64,000 nucleotides of DNA from Selaginella moellendorffii. Its lineage: Eukaryota > Plantae > Lycopodiophyta. A program made the translations under genes and the position numbers. The stretch covers positions 1,031,430 through 1,095,429 of the forward strand of contig NW_003314297.1 in assembly GCF_000143415.4 (NCBI RefSeq), read 5' to 3'. A model generated the notes under the pieces. It saw only the letters and a program-made list of their open reading frames with translations. It did not search any database and was not told the DNA's origin. Below are positions 1-10,714 of the stretch, piece by piece (position 1 is the first letter of the stretch; each line of letters opens with the position of its first letter).

Positions 1-1070
1 ATGAACTTCTGCATTTGTTTCTCCATCTCAGCCCGCTTCTTTGCCAGTGCTGCGACATCTCCAGGATCGAACACGGTGCCAGAACCTTTCGTCCTTGTTC
101 CCGTCCATGAAACTGCTCTGGAACCCCGTCGCGTCAAGATGATAGCAGCACTGGGAGCTCGTTTGCAGCCATTTTCTCGCCTGCTGGATGGTGAGAGTAG
201 CCACCAGTCGAGAAGAGTGGATCATCCTCTGGAGTGGCTGAGAACAGCCTTGGCTGCTCGTCAACTTCATTTGCAGGAAAGGCGACGAGAGGATCCTCCA
301 TCATGACGTTTCCCCGGTTTCCCTTCTGGCCATGCACTGGATCAGCAGCACGAAAGAGTGGATCCACTGCGAGCTTGTTTCCGAATGCAGACTTGTGGCG
401 AGCACCACCGGGAAGAGCAGACGGTGGCAGTCGCCTTGGTGGCCTCAGGACCTCGCGAATTCGGGGATCAGCAGCCGCCTTCTTCCTACCGGCATTCAAC
501 TGCAAAGATGGTCGAGGCAATACTTTGGTCAGGGGAATATTAATGAGGTGCTCCTGCTGGCTGTTGCTGCTGCCGCTGTTGCCACTGCCAGGCTGATGGC
601 CATACTCCACGAAGATGTCGTCGTGCACCTTGTTCCTTCTCCGCTTCAAGAGTATCCAGACTCCAGTGACGATGGCTACCAGTGCGAGCAGGAGCATAAC
701 GATGCCTGCCACGAGCACACCAGGTGATGCCACGAATGCAGCTGCTGCTGAAGATGGTGCTGACGGCGCAGTAGGCGGAGAGGTGCCCAAGCCAAGGGGC
801 CTTGTTATGGTCGAAGGTGGTGGCGATGGCGGCCCGGCCCTCCTTGGTCCCAGGTTACAGTGTCGGCCTTGTTGGGCGGCGAAGAAGAAGGTGGCGGCCT
901 TGTAGCAGCTCCATCATCAGCTCGTCGATGTCCATGGTGCCTCTTTGGCTCAGCTGCTGGATGTTCCTTGGTGGGCGGAGAGCTCGGGGGTGGATGTCCA
1001 GCTCCATGATGCTCAGGAGAACTTGGGCTTTCTGTGCCTCTTGGCTAGTGCCGGTGGATATACGAAGAAG
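1..1070 (-). pseudogene. Pro-rich single-pass membrane protein, copy 1 (N-terminal part deleted, frameshifted, runs off window start)
   Basis: ORFs 134..790 and 28..270 contain the TM segment FVASPGVLVAGIVMLLLALVAIVTGVWILLKRRR and the cytoplasmic DPLF motifs of the intact copies; no MARKIST start. Confidence 0.7.
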
Positions 1071-1223
1071 TCGCAGTATTTCAACTCAAGCTTGCTTGCT
1101 TACCATTGTGCTCAAGTTTGCTTGCTTACTTCCCCTTTTTTAGGGCATTAAAGTGTCTGAAATCCCTTTTCGTACAAATAGAAGAATAGTATATTCTTAA
1201 AATCTATAAGATCTGAGAACTTG

Positions 1224-1392
1224 AAATCTGGGCCGTCTATTGGACAGTCATTCATGTACAATCTAGACCGTGCATTTAAAACACTCTGGACCGTTTATTT
1301 ATATACAATCTGAGCCGCCCACGGTGTAAAATCTGGGCTGTCGTATTAATTAAATCAAAGCCGTCGATCTAACATGATCTGAACCGTCCCAT
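1224..1392. promoter_or_regulatory. Phased array of ATCTRRRCCGT-type (MSA-like) motifs in the divergent promoter
   Basis: Motif cores at 1233, 1268, 1291, 1315, 1338, 1361, 1384 (spacing 35, 23, 24, 23, 23, 23); also present at ~7173-7305, 11837-11995, 20935-21070, 34654-34780, 44558-44685. Confidence 0.55.
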
Positions 1393-1687
1393 ATTTAACT
1401 GATGATATTGCAATGCCATGTGTTGCTTTCAAACACTACTTAGGATTGTTTTCATCTTTTCGAGCTAAACTCCATGGCTTTCTCTATCTGCAAGCTTGTA
1501 GTACGAACTTGTAAAGTTTTAGCAACGTGGAATGGCGATTTTGTGGAACTTAATTCCATTTGAAGGGTTGGAGAGATTTATGAGTATTATAGAAAGAGAA
1601 GAAATTTTCAAACACAGAACCAAAATAGATAACGACTAAGCAATACCGTCCCACAACAACTCTCTAGCATTGTGTGCTGGCTCGAGC

Positions 1688-1695
1688 TATAAATA
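1688..1695 (+). promoter_or_regulatory. TATA box of secreted peptide gene
   Basis: GCTATAAATA 80 nt upstream of the ATG; conserved in front of essentially every peptide paralogue, followed by a pyrimidine-rich ATCAAAYCACTTCTCTC Inr-like tract. Confidence 0.7.
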
Positions 1696-1767
1696 CAAGC
1701 CCCTCCCACCTCACAAATCAAACCACTTCTCTCTAATATAACAAGCTTACTTCTCTAGCAGCAAATC

Positions 1768-1965
1768 ATGGAGAACAAGGCTTTCTTCGTGTTGTTTTTG
1801 GCGCTCGCCATATTTGTCATGATGCTGGCCATGGGCGTGGACGTGGGAGGACTCGCAAAGGCTGCTGCCCAGCGCTGCCAGTCGGGGTGGTATTGGTATG
1901 ACAACGGTTGCCACCGTTGCCAGAGGGGTTGGAGCTGGCGCAACAATCGCTGCTCGCGCAACTGA
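1768..1965 (+). CDS. Secreted Cys/Trp/Arg-rich peptide precursor, 65 aa (family A, copy 1)
   Basis: ATG start, hydrophobic signal peptide, short pro-segment, mature QRCQSGWYWYDNGCHRCQRGWSWRNNRCSRN; upstream TATA; six intact copies. Confidence 0.85.
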   Translation: MENKAFFVLFLALAIFVMMLAMGVDVGGLAKAAAQRCQSGWYWYDNGCHRCQRGWSWRNNRCSRN

Positions 1966-2272
1966 AACCTCTCGTTTCATGGGGTAAGCCCAAGTTAAGA
2001 ATCAGCATCGTAATTGCCTTTGATTTTATCGTTCTGCAGTGCCAAGGGTCTGGAAACAAGAATAAAGACACTGACAACATGTTTTCTGTATCGTGCGATG
2101 TTGCATGGTATTGCTTGAGTTCCAGCAATAAAATTTAAATGTCCAAGCCTTGATATAAAATGTCTGAATCTGTCCTTGCTCCTTCCTCCAAATCCCTCTA
2201 CTTCCATTCGATTGCTCCAATGATCGGCAAGCAATAAGACTCGATTTGTGCATCAAAACCAGGCCCAGGCAT

Positions 2273-2410
2273 ACCTAGCGGTGGGAGTGGAGGTCAGGGG
2301 GATCACCAAGGCGATGGCGCAGCGGTGCCGTGGAGGATTACCTACTGGAATGGATTTCGCTGCGTGCAATGCAATTGGTACGGGTATGACAACAGCTGCC
2401 ATCGAGGGTG
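2273..2410 (+). pseudogene. Peptide paralogue family B remnant
   Basis: LAVGVEVRGITKAMAQRCRGG followed by frameshifted YWNGFRCVQCNWYGYDNSCHR; no signal peptide. Confidence 0.6.
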
Positions 2411-2571
2411 CAGAAGCGAATCGCGAACTACCTTTCAAAGGACAAAGTGATGCCGTCCCAAGAGGCGCCACTCTAGCATTGTATGCTGCCTAGATTACAT
2501 CAGGAGCTATAAATACGAGCGGCCTCGCAGATCAAATCACTTCTCTCGGAGTTCGTTGAACTCTTCGTTTC

Positions 2572-2760
2572 ATGGAGAACAAGGCTTGCCTGGTGTTGTT
2601 TTCGGTTCTCGCCATGTTGCCGACGCTGGCCATGGGAGTGGACGTGAGAGGAACCGCAAAGGCTGCTGCCCAACGCTGCCCGTCCGATAGTTGCCACCGA
2701 TGCCCTCGGCGCTGGTTACAACGAAATAGGATCGATATGAAGTTAACGGATTATGGATAA
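2572..2760 (+). pseudogene. Peptide paralogue family C (MENKACL type), mature region partly deleted
   Basis: Signal and pro region homologous to family A; RCPSDSCHRCPRRW lacks the first WxW loop; own TATA at ~2508. Confidence 0.65.
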
Positions 2761-2883
2761 AGTCGGTGAAATGTTTAGTCGAACCTCAGGCACAATGGAA
2801 ACGCATTGACAAATCAAAGCTCTATCTTGTCAGTCTCCAGGAAAACGCCGGTAAGATGATAGGATAGCGCAGACGTACCGCTT

Positions 2884-4250
2884 CATGCATCGATTTGCGT
2901 CAAGGCGCCAGGCTCCACGCGCTCGTCCTTGGGAGCAGCCACCAGCAATCCAACAGGTGCCTCGCAAATCTTCTCATCCAACTCTATGGAAGGTGCGAGC
3001 GCGCGGATCGAGCATGGCAGGTGTTTATCAGCATCCACGAGCCCAACAGATTCTCCTGGAACTTGCTGCTTGGCGCTTATGCCCAAAGTGGGTATCTTGA
3101 GAAAGAAAAAGAACTGTTTGATCAGATGCCACAAAGGGATTGTTGCTTGGATGATTTTTATGACGGCTCGTGCAAACCGTGGAAACTTTGAGGAATGCCG
3201 AGCATTGTTTGATCAGGTTCCAGAATGGGATGTAGTTTTCTGGAACTCTCTATTTACAGTATATGCCCATAACGGGCATATGGATCAAGCAAGCCAGTTC
3301 TTTGATGGAATGCTAGAACACAACAGAGTTTCTGTTTGATGCCATACCACAGAAGAACGTTGCATCGTGGTCGACAATATCACAGCACTGGCCGAGAGAA
3401 ACCAGCTCGAAGAAGCTCGCATTCTCTTCGATCGACCTCCCCGACGACGTGGTGTGGACTAACATGATCTTGGCCTATTCCAACCACGGCCACCTCGAAG
3501 AAGCCATGAAGATGTCCACAGTGCGATTTCGTCGCTTAGACGGCAATGGTGGCGGCAATTGCTTTGCACGGGGGCTTGATCGATGCCAGAGTCTTGTTCG
3601 ACCAAATGCCACAGCACGATAGCATCGCGTGAAACACGCTTAGATCCAGAGCAATTGCCCTCGTCCAAGCGCGGGAGCTGAGAGCAACAGCGAGCTGGAT
3701 TGCCGCGAGCGCTCAAAGGGGGAATCTCTTGCAGGCCGGGAAGATCTTCTCCACGTTGCCTGATCAGAGCATTGTGTCGTGGAACGCGATGATCCATGGC
3801 TGCGCACCGAATGGCCATGAGCGAAAATCCGCTGAGTTTTTGGCAGCATGGAGCTTCCCACCGTGATTGCAAGTCAGGAGAATCGCCTGGAAACTTATCT
3901 CGTTCCTCGCCTCGCCCTCCATCGCCGTGTGGCACTCGACTACTTTCGATCTATGGTGGTCTAGTACAGCATTTCTCCAAATGTGATTCACTTCCAGGCG
4001 ATGGCAGATGTGCTGGACGAGCCGGGCTGGTTGCCGAGGCCGAAGGTCTGCTGCTGGTGATGCCCTTCCAGCCGCATTTCATCGCGTGGAAGAGCTTGAT
4101 CAGCGTTTGCAAAGTTCATGGTAGCGAAGAACATCGATGCTGCAGCTCGTGCCGCAGAGAAACTCTTGGAGATGGAACCAGGGGACTCGGCGCTGTACGT
4201 GCTCATGTCGAATCTGCAAAAGCAGGATTCCAGAGAAAGCTTGCCTTCCA
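2884..4250 (+). pseudogene. PLS-class PPR (E-type) pseudogene
   Basis: Fragments in different frames: SWNLLLGAYAQSGYLEKEKELFDQMPQRD, FWNSLFTVYAHNGH, and E domain GRAGLVAEAEGLLLVMPFQPHFIAWKSLISVCKVHG..AARAAEKLLEMEPGDSALYVLMSNL. Confidence 0.85.
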
Positions 4251-4494
4251 ACGTTCATGGGTGGCCTTGCAACAGCTCGGTTTTTCAAGATCTGGGACGC
4301 ACCCAAGGAAGAAGAGGAAAAGTAAGAAACATAAACACAAAATTTGACCAACCTGCTAACTGATGAACAGCAAATTCCGTCACTAGCTTGTGCACAAGCG
4401 TAACTTTAAGAAGATTTAATTAGTAACAGAAAAGTAATTATAAAATCCTATCACTTTCATTGATGTTCTCCCATGCTGATCTCTTTCTGGTCAT

Positions 4495-4610
4495 GAGGGT
4501 CCTGTCGCTGATCACTACTGCTGCGTGATTGATCTGTTTGGGCGTGTTGGATTGCCCAAGAGATTGTTAAGAACGATGTAGCATTTACCACTTTTCTCGC
4601 AGCGTGCAAT
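4495..4610 (+). pseudogene. Second PPR remnant (S2/E1-motif fragment)
   Basis: DHYCC.IDLFGR..AQEIV..DVAFTTFLAAC resembles EHYxCMVDLLGRAG..MP..D.V.W.TLLxAC; also at ~9490, 16120, 31820, 41970. Confidence 0.5.
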
Positions 4611-4899
4611 CGTACTGACTCTGTGGTTGAAATCGTGTATTAGGAGTCTTAAGTTCTATGGAACTTTGAGTTTGTAAAAGCTAAAAGAGGGAGTTCGGAG
4701 ATATATGTTAAATTTTGACATGGATAGTGCAAGATTCCCAAAAAGAATGAGCCTGTAGGTCCTGATCTGTGAATATCCCAATTCAAATCTGTAAACTCCG
4801 GTGCCTCCAATTACCGTAAAGATTGAAGAGATCTGTGGAAGCTACAACGGACAGGCTCAAAGGATAGCTAAAATATATCGTCATACATGATCTCTAGCC

Positions 4900-5110
4900 T
4901 ACAAGGTGACACTACTGCCACCTAGGATCATGTCATAAAGAGCGTATATACTCGTCGCTGATGTACGTCCTTTTGGCTCTTCCCACAATCTGGGAGTCAC
5001 ACGAGGGAGAACATCGTCGATGACAAACACCACTCCAAAATAACCATTCTGGGGGCCTGCGACCAAAACCACCATGGAATTTGATTTGCGTTGCATGAGA
5101 AAAACCAACT
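4900..5110 (-). pseudogene. Dirigent-like protein remnant
   Basis: FGVVFVIDDVL and SQIVGRAKG motifs split across frames. Confidence 0.55.
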
Positions 5111-5345
5111 GAGAGGCCGTAGGATTTCTGGTGTTGTCTACAGCATTACAAAGCATCTATAGTTTAGATTTCTAAAAATAAAAAAAATAGATATGTCATC
5201 ATATATCGATGATTGATGGCTCCTCCTAAACTTCTGTACCCGATGAAGGCCACAGGATCTTCCTGTGACTTACTCAAGCCAGTAGAAGGGACTGAAGAGA
5301 AAGCCAGATAAATGACAAGCTTTCGCTCTTCATTCTATTTGTTTT

Positions 5346-6966
5346 TCACTGTTCTTATGTTTTGTCTCTTGCAGTGCCTGGCATCTATACAACTTGACTT
5401 CGAAGAAACGTACCTCGTCAAGTTCCCTGTCTCTCTCAGAGGTGGAAGAATTCACCAGGATACAGAAGGGCTCGTACCTCGTCGGCGTTTTCACCTGTCA
5501 AGAGAAGCATGCCCCGGAGCAGATGGCTCCACCTCCAAATCACTTTTGACCCGCTTGGGATCATTGACTGTCACCTTCCCGACGAGGTTCTCGTCGCTCG
5601 TGATCTCGGGGCTGTTCTCCACATCGCGCTTCCTGATCGATTCAGCTTCATCAGTCCATATTGTCAGCTCAAGTGCAGAGATTACTAACCTGTGGGAAAA
5701 AGGCCGGATGCAGGGCTCCATCATGATGAACTTCTGCATTTGTTTCTCCATCTCAGCCCGCTTCTTTGCCAGTGTAGCGACATCTCCAGAATCGAACGCG
5801 GTGCCAGAACGATCCGCCACCTTTCCATGAAACTGCTCTGGAACCCGGTCGCGTCGAGATGATAGGCGCACTGGGAGCTCGTTTGCAGCCATTTTCTCGC
5901 CTGCTGGATGATGAGAGTAGCCACCAGTCGAGAAGAGTGGATCATCCTCCGGAGTGGCTGAGAACAGCCTTCGCTGCTCGTCAACTTCATACGCAGGAAA
6001 GACGACGAGAGGATCCTCCATCGTGACGTTTTCCCGGCTTCCCTGCTGGCCATGCACTGGATCAGCAGCACGAAAGAGTGGATCGTTTTCGGATGCAGAC
6101 TTGTGGCGAGCACCAGCGGGAAGAGCAGACGGTGGCAGCCGCCTTGGTGGCCTCAGGACCTCGCGAATTCGGGAGCAGCCGCCTTCTTCCTGCCAGCATT
6201 CAGCTGCGATGATGGTCGAGGCTCCACTTGGTGCTCCCATTGGTTGCTGCTGCTGCCGCTGTTGCCACCGCTAGGCTGATGGCCATACTCCACCAGGATG
6301 TCATCGTGGTGGATGTCGCCGTGCACCTTGTTTCTTCTCCTCTTCAAGAGTATCCAGACTCCAGTGACGATGGCTACCAGTGCGAGCAGGAGCATAACGA
6401 TGCCTGCAACGAGCACACCAGGTGATGCCACGAATGCTGCTGCTGCTGCTGCTGAAGATGGTGCTGACGACGCAGTAGGCGGAGAGGTGTCCAAGCCAAG
6501 GGGCCTTGGTTGCCACGTTATGGTCGAAGGTGGTGGCGATGACGGCCCGGCCCTCCTTGGTCGCTAGGTTACAGTGTCGGCCTTGTTGGGCGGCGAAGAA
6601 GAAGGTGGCGGCCCTGTAGCAGCTTCATCACCAGTGCGTCGATGTCCATGCTCTTTGGCTCGGCTGCTGGATGTTCCTTGGTGGGCGGAGAGCTCGGTGG
6701 TGGATGTCCAGCTCCATGATGCTCGGGAGACCTCGGTGGTGCCGGAGAGCTCGGTGGTGGATGTACAGCTCGAGGTGGCTTTGTTGGTGAGCGTGTCCCT
6801 CTGTGGGCTTTGGTGGTGAATGACTGTACCTCTTGGCTGGCGCCGGTGGAGACCTCTTTGGGGGTGGAGATGAAGTTGTCCGCGCCCTCTTTGGCGATGG
6901 TTTGGGCGGCGGCATCCTCCTCGCGTGCTCCCGGTGAGGCGGCGGGGGCGGTGGTGTGCGAGCCAT
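5346..6966 (-). pseudogene. Pro-rich single-pass membrane protein, copy 2 (frameshifts and stop)
   Basis: Split over ORFs 6628..6966, 6153..6494 and 5491..6240, collinear with intact copies. Confidence 0.8.
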
Positions 6967-7512
6967 AGTCAGAGATGAAGCTTACCAGAGAAAGTCGCAG
7001 TATTTCAGCTCAAGCTCGAGAAAACTCGCGCTCAAGTTTGCTTGCTTCCTTCCCCTTTTTGAGGGCATTAAAGTGTCTGAAAGTTAAGTACTTCTGATGT
7101 GTACGGTAAACGAATGTTAAAGATATCCTTTTTGTATAAATAGAAGAATAGTATATTCTGGAAAGCTAGTCACAATCTAGACCGTGCATTTAAAACATTC
7201 TGGACCGTTCCTTTATATACAATCTGAGCCGTCCACTGTATAAAATCTGGGCTGTCGTAAAACTTAAATCAAAGCCGTCGATCTAAAATGATCTGAACCG
7301 TCCCATATTTAACTGATGGATTCTTCGGAACTTGTAACGTGGAAAGAGATTTTATGTGATTATAAAAAAGAGAAGAAATTCTCAAACACGGAACCAAATT
7401 AGATAAGGACTCCGTCCCACGACAAGTCTCTAGCATTGTGTGCTGGCTCGAGCTATAAATATGAGCCCAAATCAAACCACTTCTAACAAGCTTACTTCTC
7501 TAGCAGCAAATC

Positions 7513-7710
7513 ATGGAGAACAAGGCTTTCTTCGTGTTGTTTTTGGCGCTCGCCATCTTTGTGATGATGCTGGCCATGGGCGTGGACGTGGGAGGACTCG
7601 CAAAGGCTGCTGCCCAGCGCTGCCAGTCGGGGTGGTATTGGTATGACAACGGTTGCCACCGTTGCCAGAGGGGTTGGAGCTGGCGCAACAATCGCTGCTC
7701 GCGCAACTGA
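7513..7710 (+). CDS. Secreted Cys/Trp/Arg-rich peptide precursor, 65 aa (family A, copy 2)
   Basis: Protein identical to 1768..1965; differs by synonymous changes. Confidence 0.85.
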   Translation: MENKAFFVLFLALAIFVMMLAMGVDVGGLAKAAAQRCQSGWYWYDNGCHRCQRGWSWRNNRCSRN

Positions 7711-8026
7711 AACCTCTCGTTTCATGGGGTAAGCCCAAGTTAAGAATCAGCATCATAATTGCCTTTGATTTTATCGTTCTGCAGTGCCAAGGGTCTGGAA
7801 ACAAGAATAAAGACAATGATAACGTGTTTTCTGTATCGTGCGATGTTGCATAGTATTGCATGAGTTCCAGCAATAAAATATAAATTGTCCAAGCCTTGAT
7901 ATAAAATGTCTGAATCTGTCCTTGGTCCTTCTCCTCTCTTCTCCAAATCCCACGACTTCCAATCGATTGTTCCAATGATCGGCAAGCAATAAGACTTGAT
8001 TGGAGCATCAAACGCAGGCCCAGGCA

Positions 8027-8165
8027 TGGAGGTCGGGGGCATCACCAAGGCGCAGCCCTTGGTACTGGAATAGATTTCGCTGCGTGCAATGCAATTGGTA
8101 CGGGTATGATAACAGCTGTCATCGAGGGTGGCGCTGGAATGGCAGCGCTGCATCTGCTGAAGAAT
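8027..8165 (+). pseudogene. Peptide paralogue family B remnant
   Basis: WYWNRFRCVQCNWYGYDNSCHRGWRWNGS within ORF 8000..8263; no signal peptide. Confidence 0.6.
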
Positions 8166-9082
8166 TGCCAAAGTTTACGAGCCTCGGCCTCGAAGAAGCA
8201 CGGGAGCGATTCTCGAATCATGAAAAGTTGGTTGACAGCCTGGATGAGATATATGTAGAATAAGAGTGAACCAAGGTGTTTTGGAGTCTATTCGTGTTTG
8301 ATGCCCTGGGCCTGAGACTGTCAATGATAAATATGGTGCGTTTTCTGCTAAGTCAGTGTAACGTTCGCAATGTATGGACTTTTAATATATAGGAACGTCA
8401 TATATTCAGTCAAAAAACTTGAACCAGAATGACAGGATAATTAGAACATGACAAATAAAATAAAAAGAAAGCCAACCGAGTCAATCTATCTGGGCTCAAA
8501 ATTATATTATATAATTTTAACTAAAAATATATATATATTTTTTGTCAGTTGTGGACACTCTGCCATCTTAGTCTCGACGTGGAACCAGATGGAAATATGA
8601 CGTGGTAGTGGAGACAAGTTTTTCAACGATCTGATCTCTTTCCCAAGACAAAGTCTAGCAATTATATACACCAACCACGTATATAAAACACAATCGAAAA
8701 TGAAATGACATACACATCTTCTAAAGATCGTCAAGATCCAATTATTTATTTGGATTTTTGTTCTTTTCAGTGGCAGTGAAATCTATAGAAATGGCGCATG
8801 GTGATGCACGAGTTCATATATTATATAAACTGTGAAAAAACTAAAATTCTGTCTTACTCTGGATTCACAGCTTCATTTCGTGTGTTGTTCTATGTCCCAG
8901 CATTATAGAAAAGAAAGGAATTGACAAACACGGAATGACTTCTTCGAATAACTTTCAAAGGACAAAGTTCTCAGGAGGCGCCACTCAAGCATTGTATGCT
9001 GCCTCGAGCTATAAATACGAGCGACCTCACAGATCAAATCACTTCTCTCGAATATACTAGAGTTTGTTGAACTCTTAGGTTC

Positions 9083-9250
9083 ATGGAGAACAAGGCTTGC
9101 CTGGTGTTGTTTTCGGTTCTCGCCATGTTGCTGATGCTGGCCATGGGAGTGGACGTGGGAGGAATCTCAAGCGCACTGCAGCTAGCTCCTCTAAGGGATT
9201 GTTTTGCAAATTTTGGCTACACCATGTTCTTTGAAAGTGCCTTTAAATAG
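9083..9250 (+). pseudogene. Peptide paralogue family C, mature region lost
   Basis: MENKACLVLFSVLAMLLMLAMGVDVGGI then unrelated sequence to TAG at 9250; TATA at ~9010. Confidence 0.6.
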
Positions 9251-10714
9251 GAGCGATATGAAATAAAGTCAGTGAAATGACCACCGTTTAGTGCGCACTT
9301 CTTTGCGACAAATCAAAGCTCTATCTTCAGTCTCCAGGAAAACGTCGCTAAGATGACAGGAATCACTACTTTCCGATTCAAGCCTCTAGAACAGACTGGA
9401 CGATCTAGAGCAGCGCACACCGTAGATCTAATAACAGAAACTAATTAATTTTAAATGGACAATACCTCCCAATGCTGAGCTGAGTGTGATCGGTCGGGCA
9501 TGCTGGATTGCCCAAGAGATTGTCAAGAGCCTACCAGTGAGAAAAGACGATGTAGCATTTACCACTTTTCTTGCAGGTATATAATCCTACTATAGAGTTC
9601 TTGTCTTCCATCTTGACCTAGGTTCTATCAAACTTTGAGTTTGTAAAAGCTAGAAGAGAGATAAAGATACATTTTCGGCCTGTTCAATTTTGACATGGTC
9701 AATTAACACTCAATAGTGCAAGATTGCAAGATTGGAATGAGCGTGTAGGTTGAATACCTCGATGCAATCTGTAAGCTCCAATTACCACAATCTTCATCAA
9801 AGATTGAAGAGAGATGCAGCAGGTACAACAGAAATGGATGATTCAAGGATAGCTAGAATATATCATCATAGCACAATAGACATGATTAAGGGACATGCCA
9901 CACCTGGATAAATGAGGTGGCACTATTGCAACCTAAGATCATGTCATAGAGAGCATATATACTCAAAAAAGATGTCTTACCTAGACATGCTCAACACCAT
10001 CTTATTTCATTCTCTCTCCACTTAGTTGATAGTGACTTTGCATTTATTTGCGACTTTCTTGATTCAGGGCTATGAGACACCTGCCCATTTGCACCTGCAA
10101 ATCTGCAGACTTAAATTTAATTGACTTAAAAAAGTTCATGGTTTTTTCATGATCTAGCATATAATTTAATTTCATATTGATTATGTAGTTGATAAATTGA
10201 CAGTGAATATTTTCTATGCAAATTGTTAATATGCTGTATAGTTAGAAAATTATCTTGACAAAGAGGTTCACTAATTGATTTATTCTTTCCCATAATCTAT
10301 ATATGCTCATTATAAATTTAATTTGAGGTGAAATCCTACTAGATCATATAAATCACTCAATTTTGAAAGCTTTTGAGAAAATAATGACTTTCCTCCATGG
10401 ATCTAACAAAAAATCCCATTCTAGGCTATTTATAAAAAGATTTGATCAAAAACTTGAAAGCCAACCCCACTTGTTAAAACTTTGACCTAGATTACAAATG
10501 TTGGCTTCTTTTTCGGTGGGAATTCTTCGTTCTCCAGTCTGTCCATCTCTTCCAAAACTAGAGTATCAAAAACACTCACCCTCTTCTCATCCTACTCTTC
10601 ATTTTCGGCTTCATGCTCTGAGTTTTTTTCGAAAGCTCTAGTTCTTCTTCTTGTTGTGGAGGAGACTCTTCCACCAACCAAGATCCCAAAGCCTACCTTA
10701 TGTTGTAATTGTAG

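Noticed and set aside
1224-1392. Regularly spaced repeats as a CRISPR array
   Set aside because: Eukaryotic context, ~13-bp degenerate motif, ~10-bp linkers and no cas genes.
1870-1965. Peptide as a C-type lectin N-terminus (CPxGW..C) or a BURP-type RiPP precursor
   Set aside because: The ORF stops after 31 mature residues with no lectin domain, and no BURP domain or other tailoring enzyme is in the cassette.
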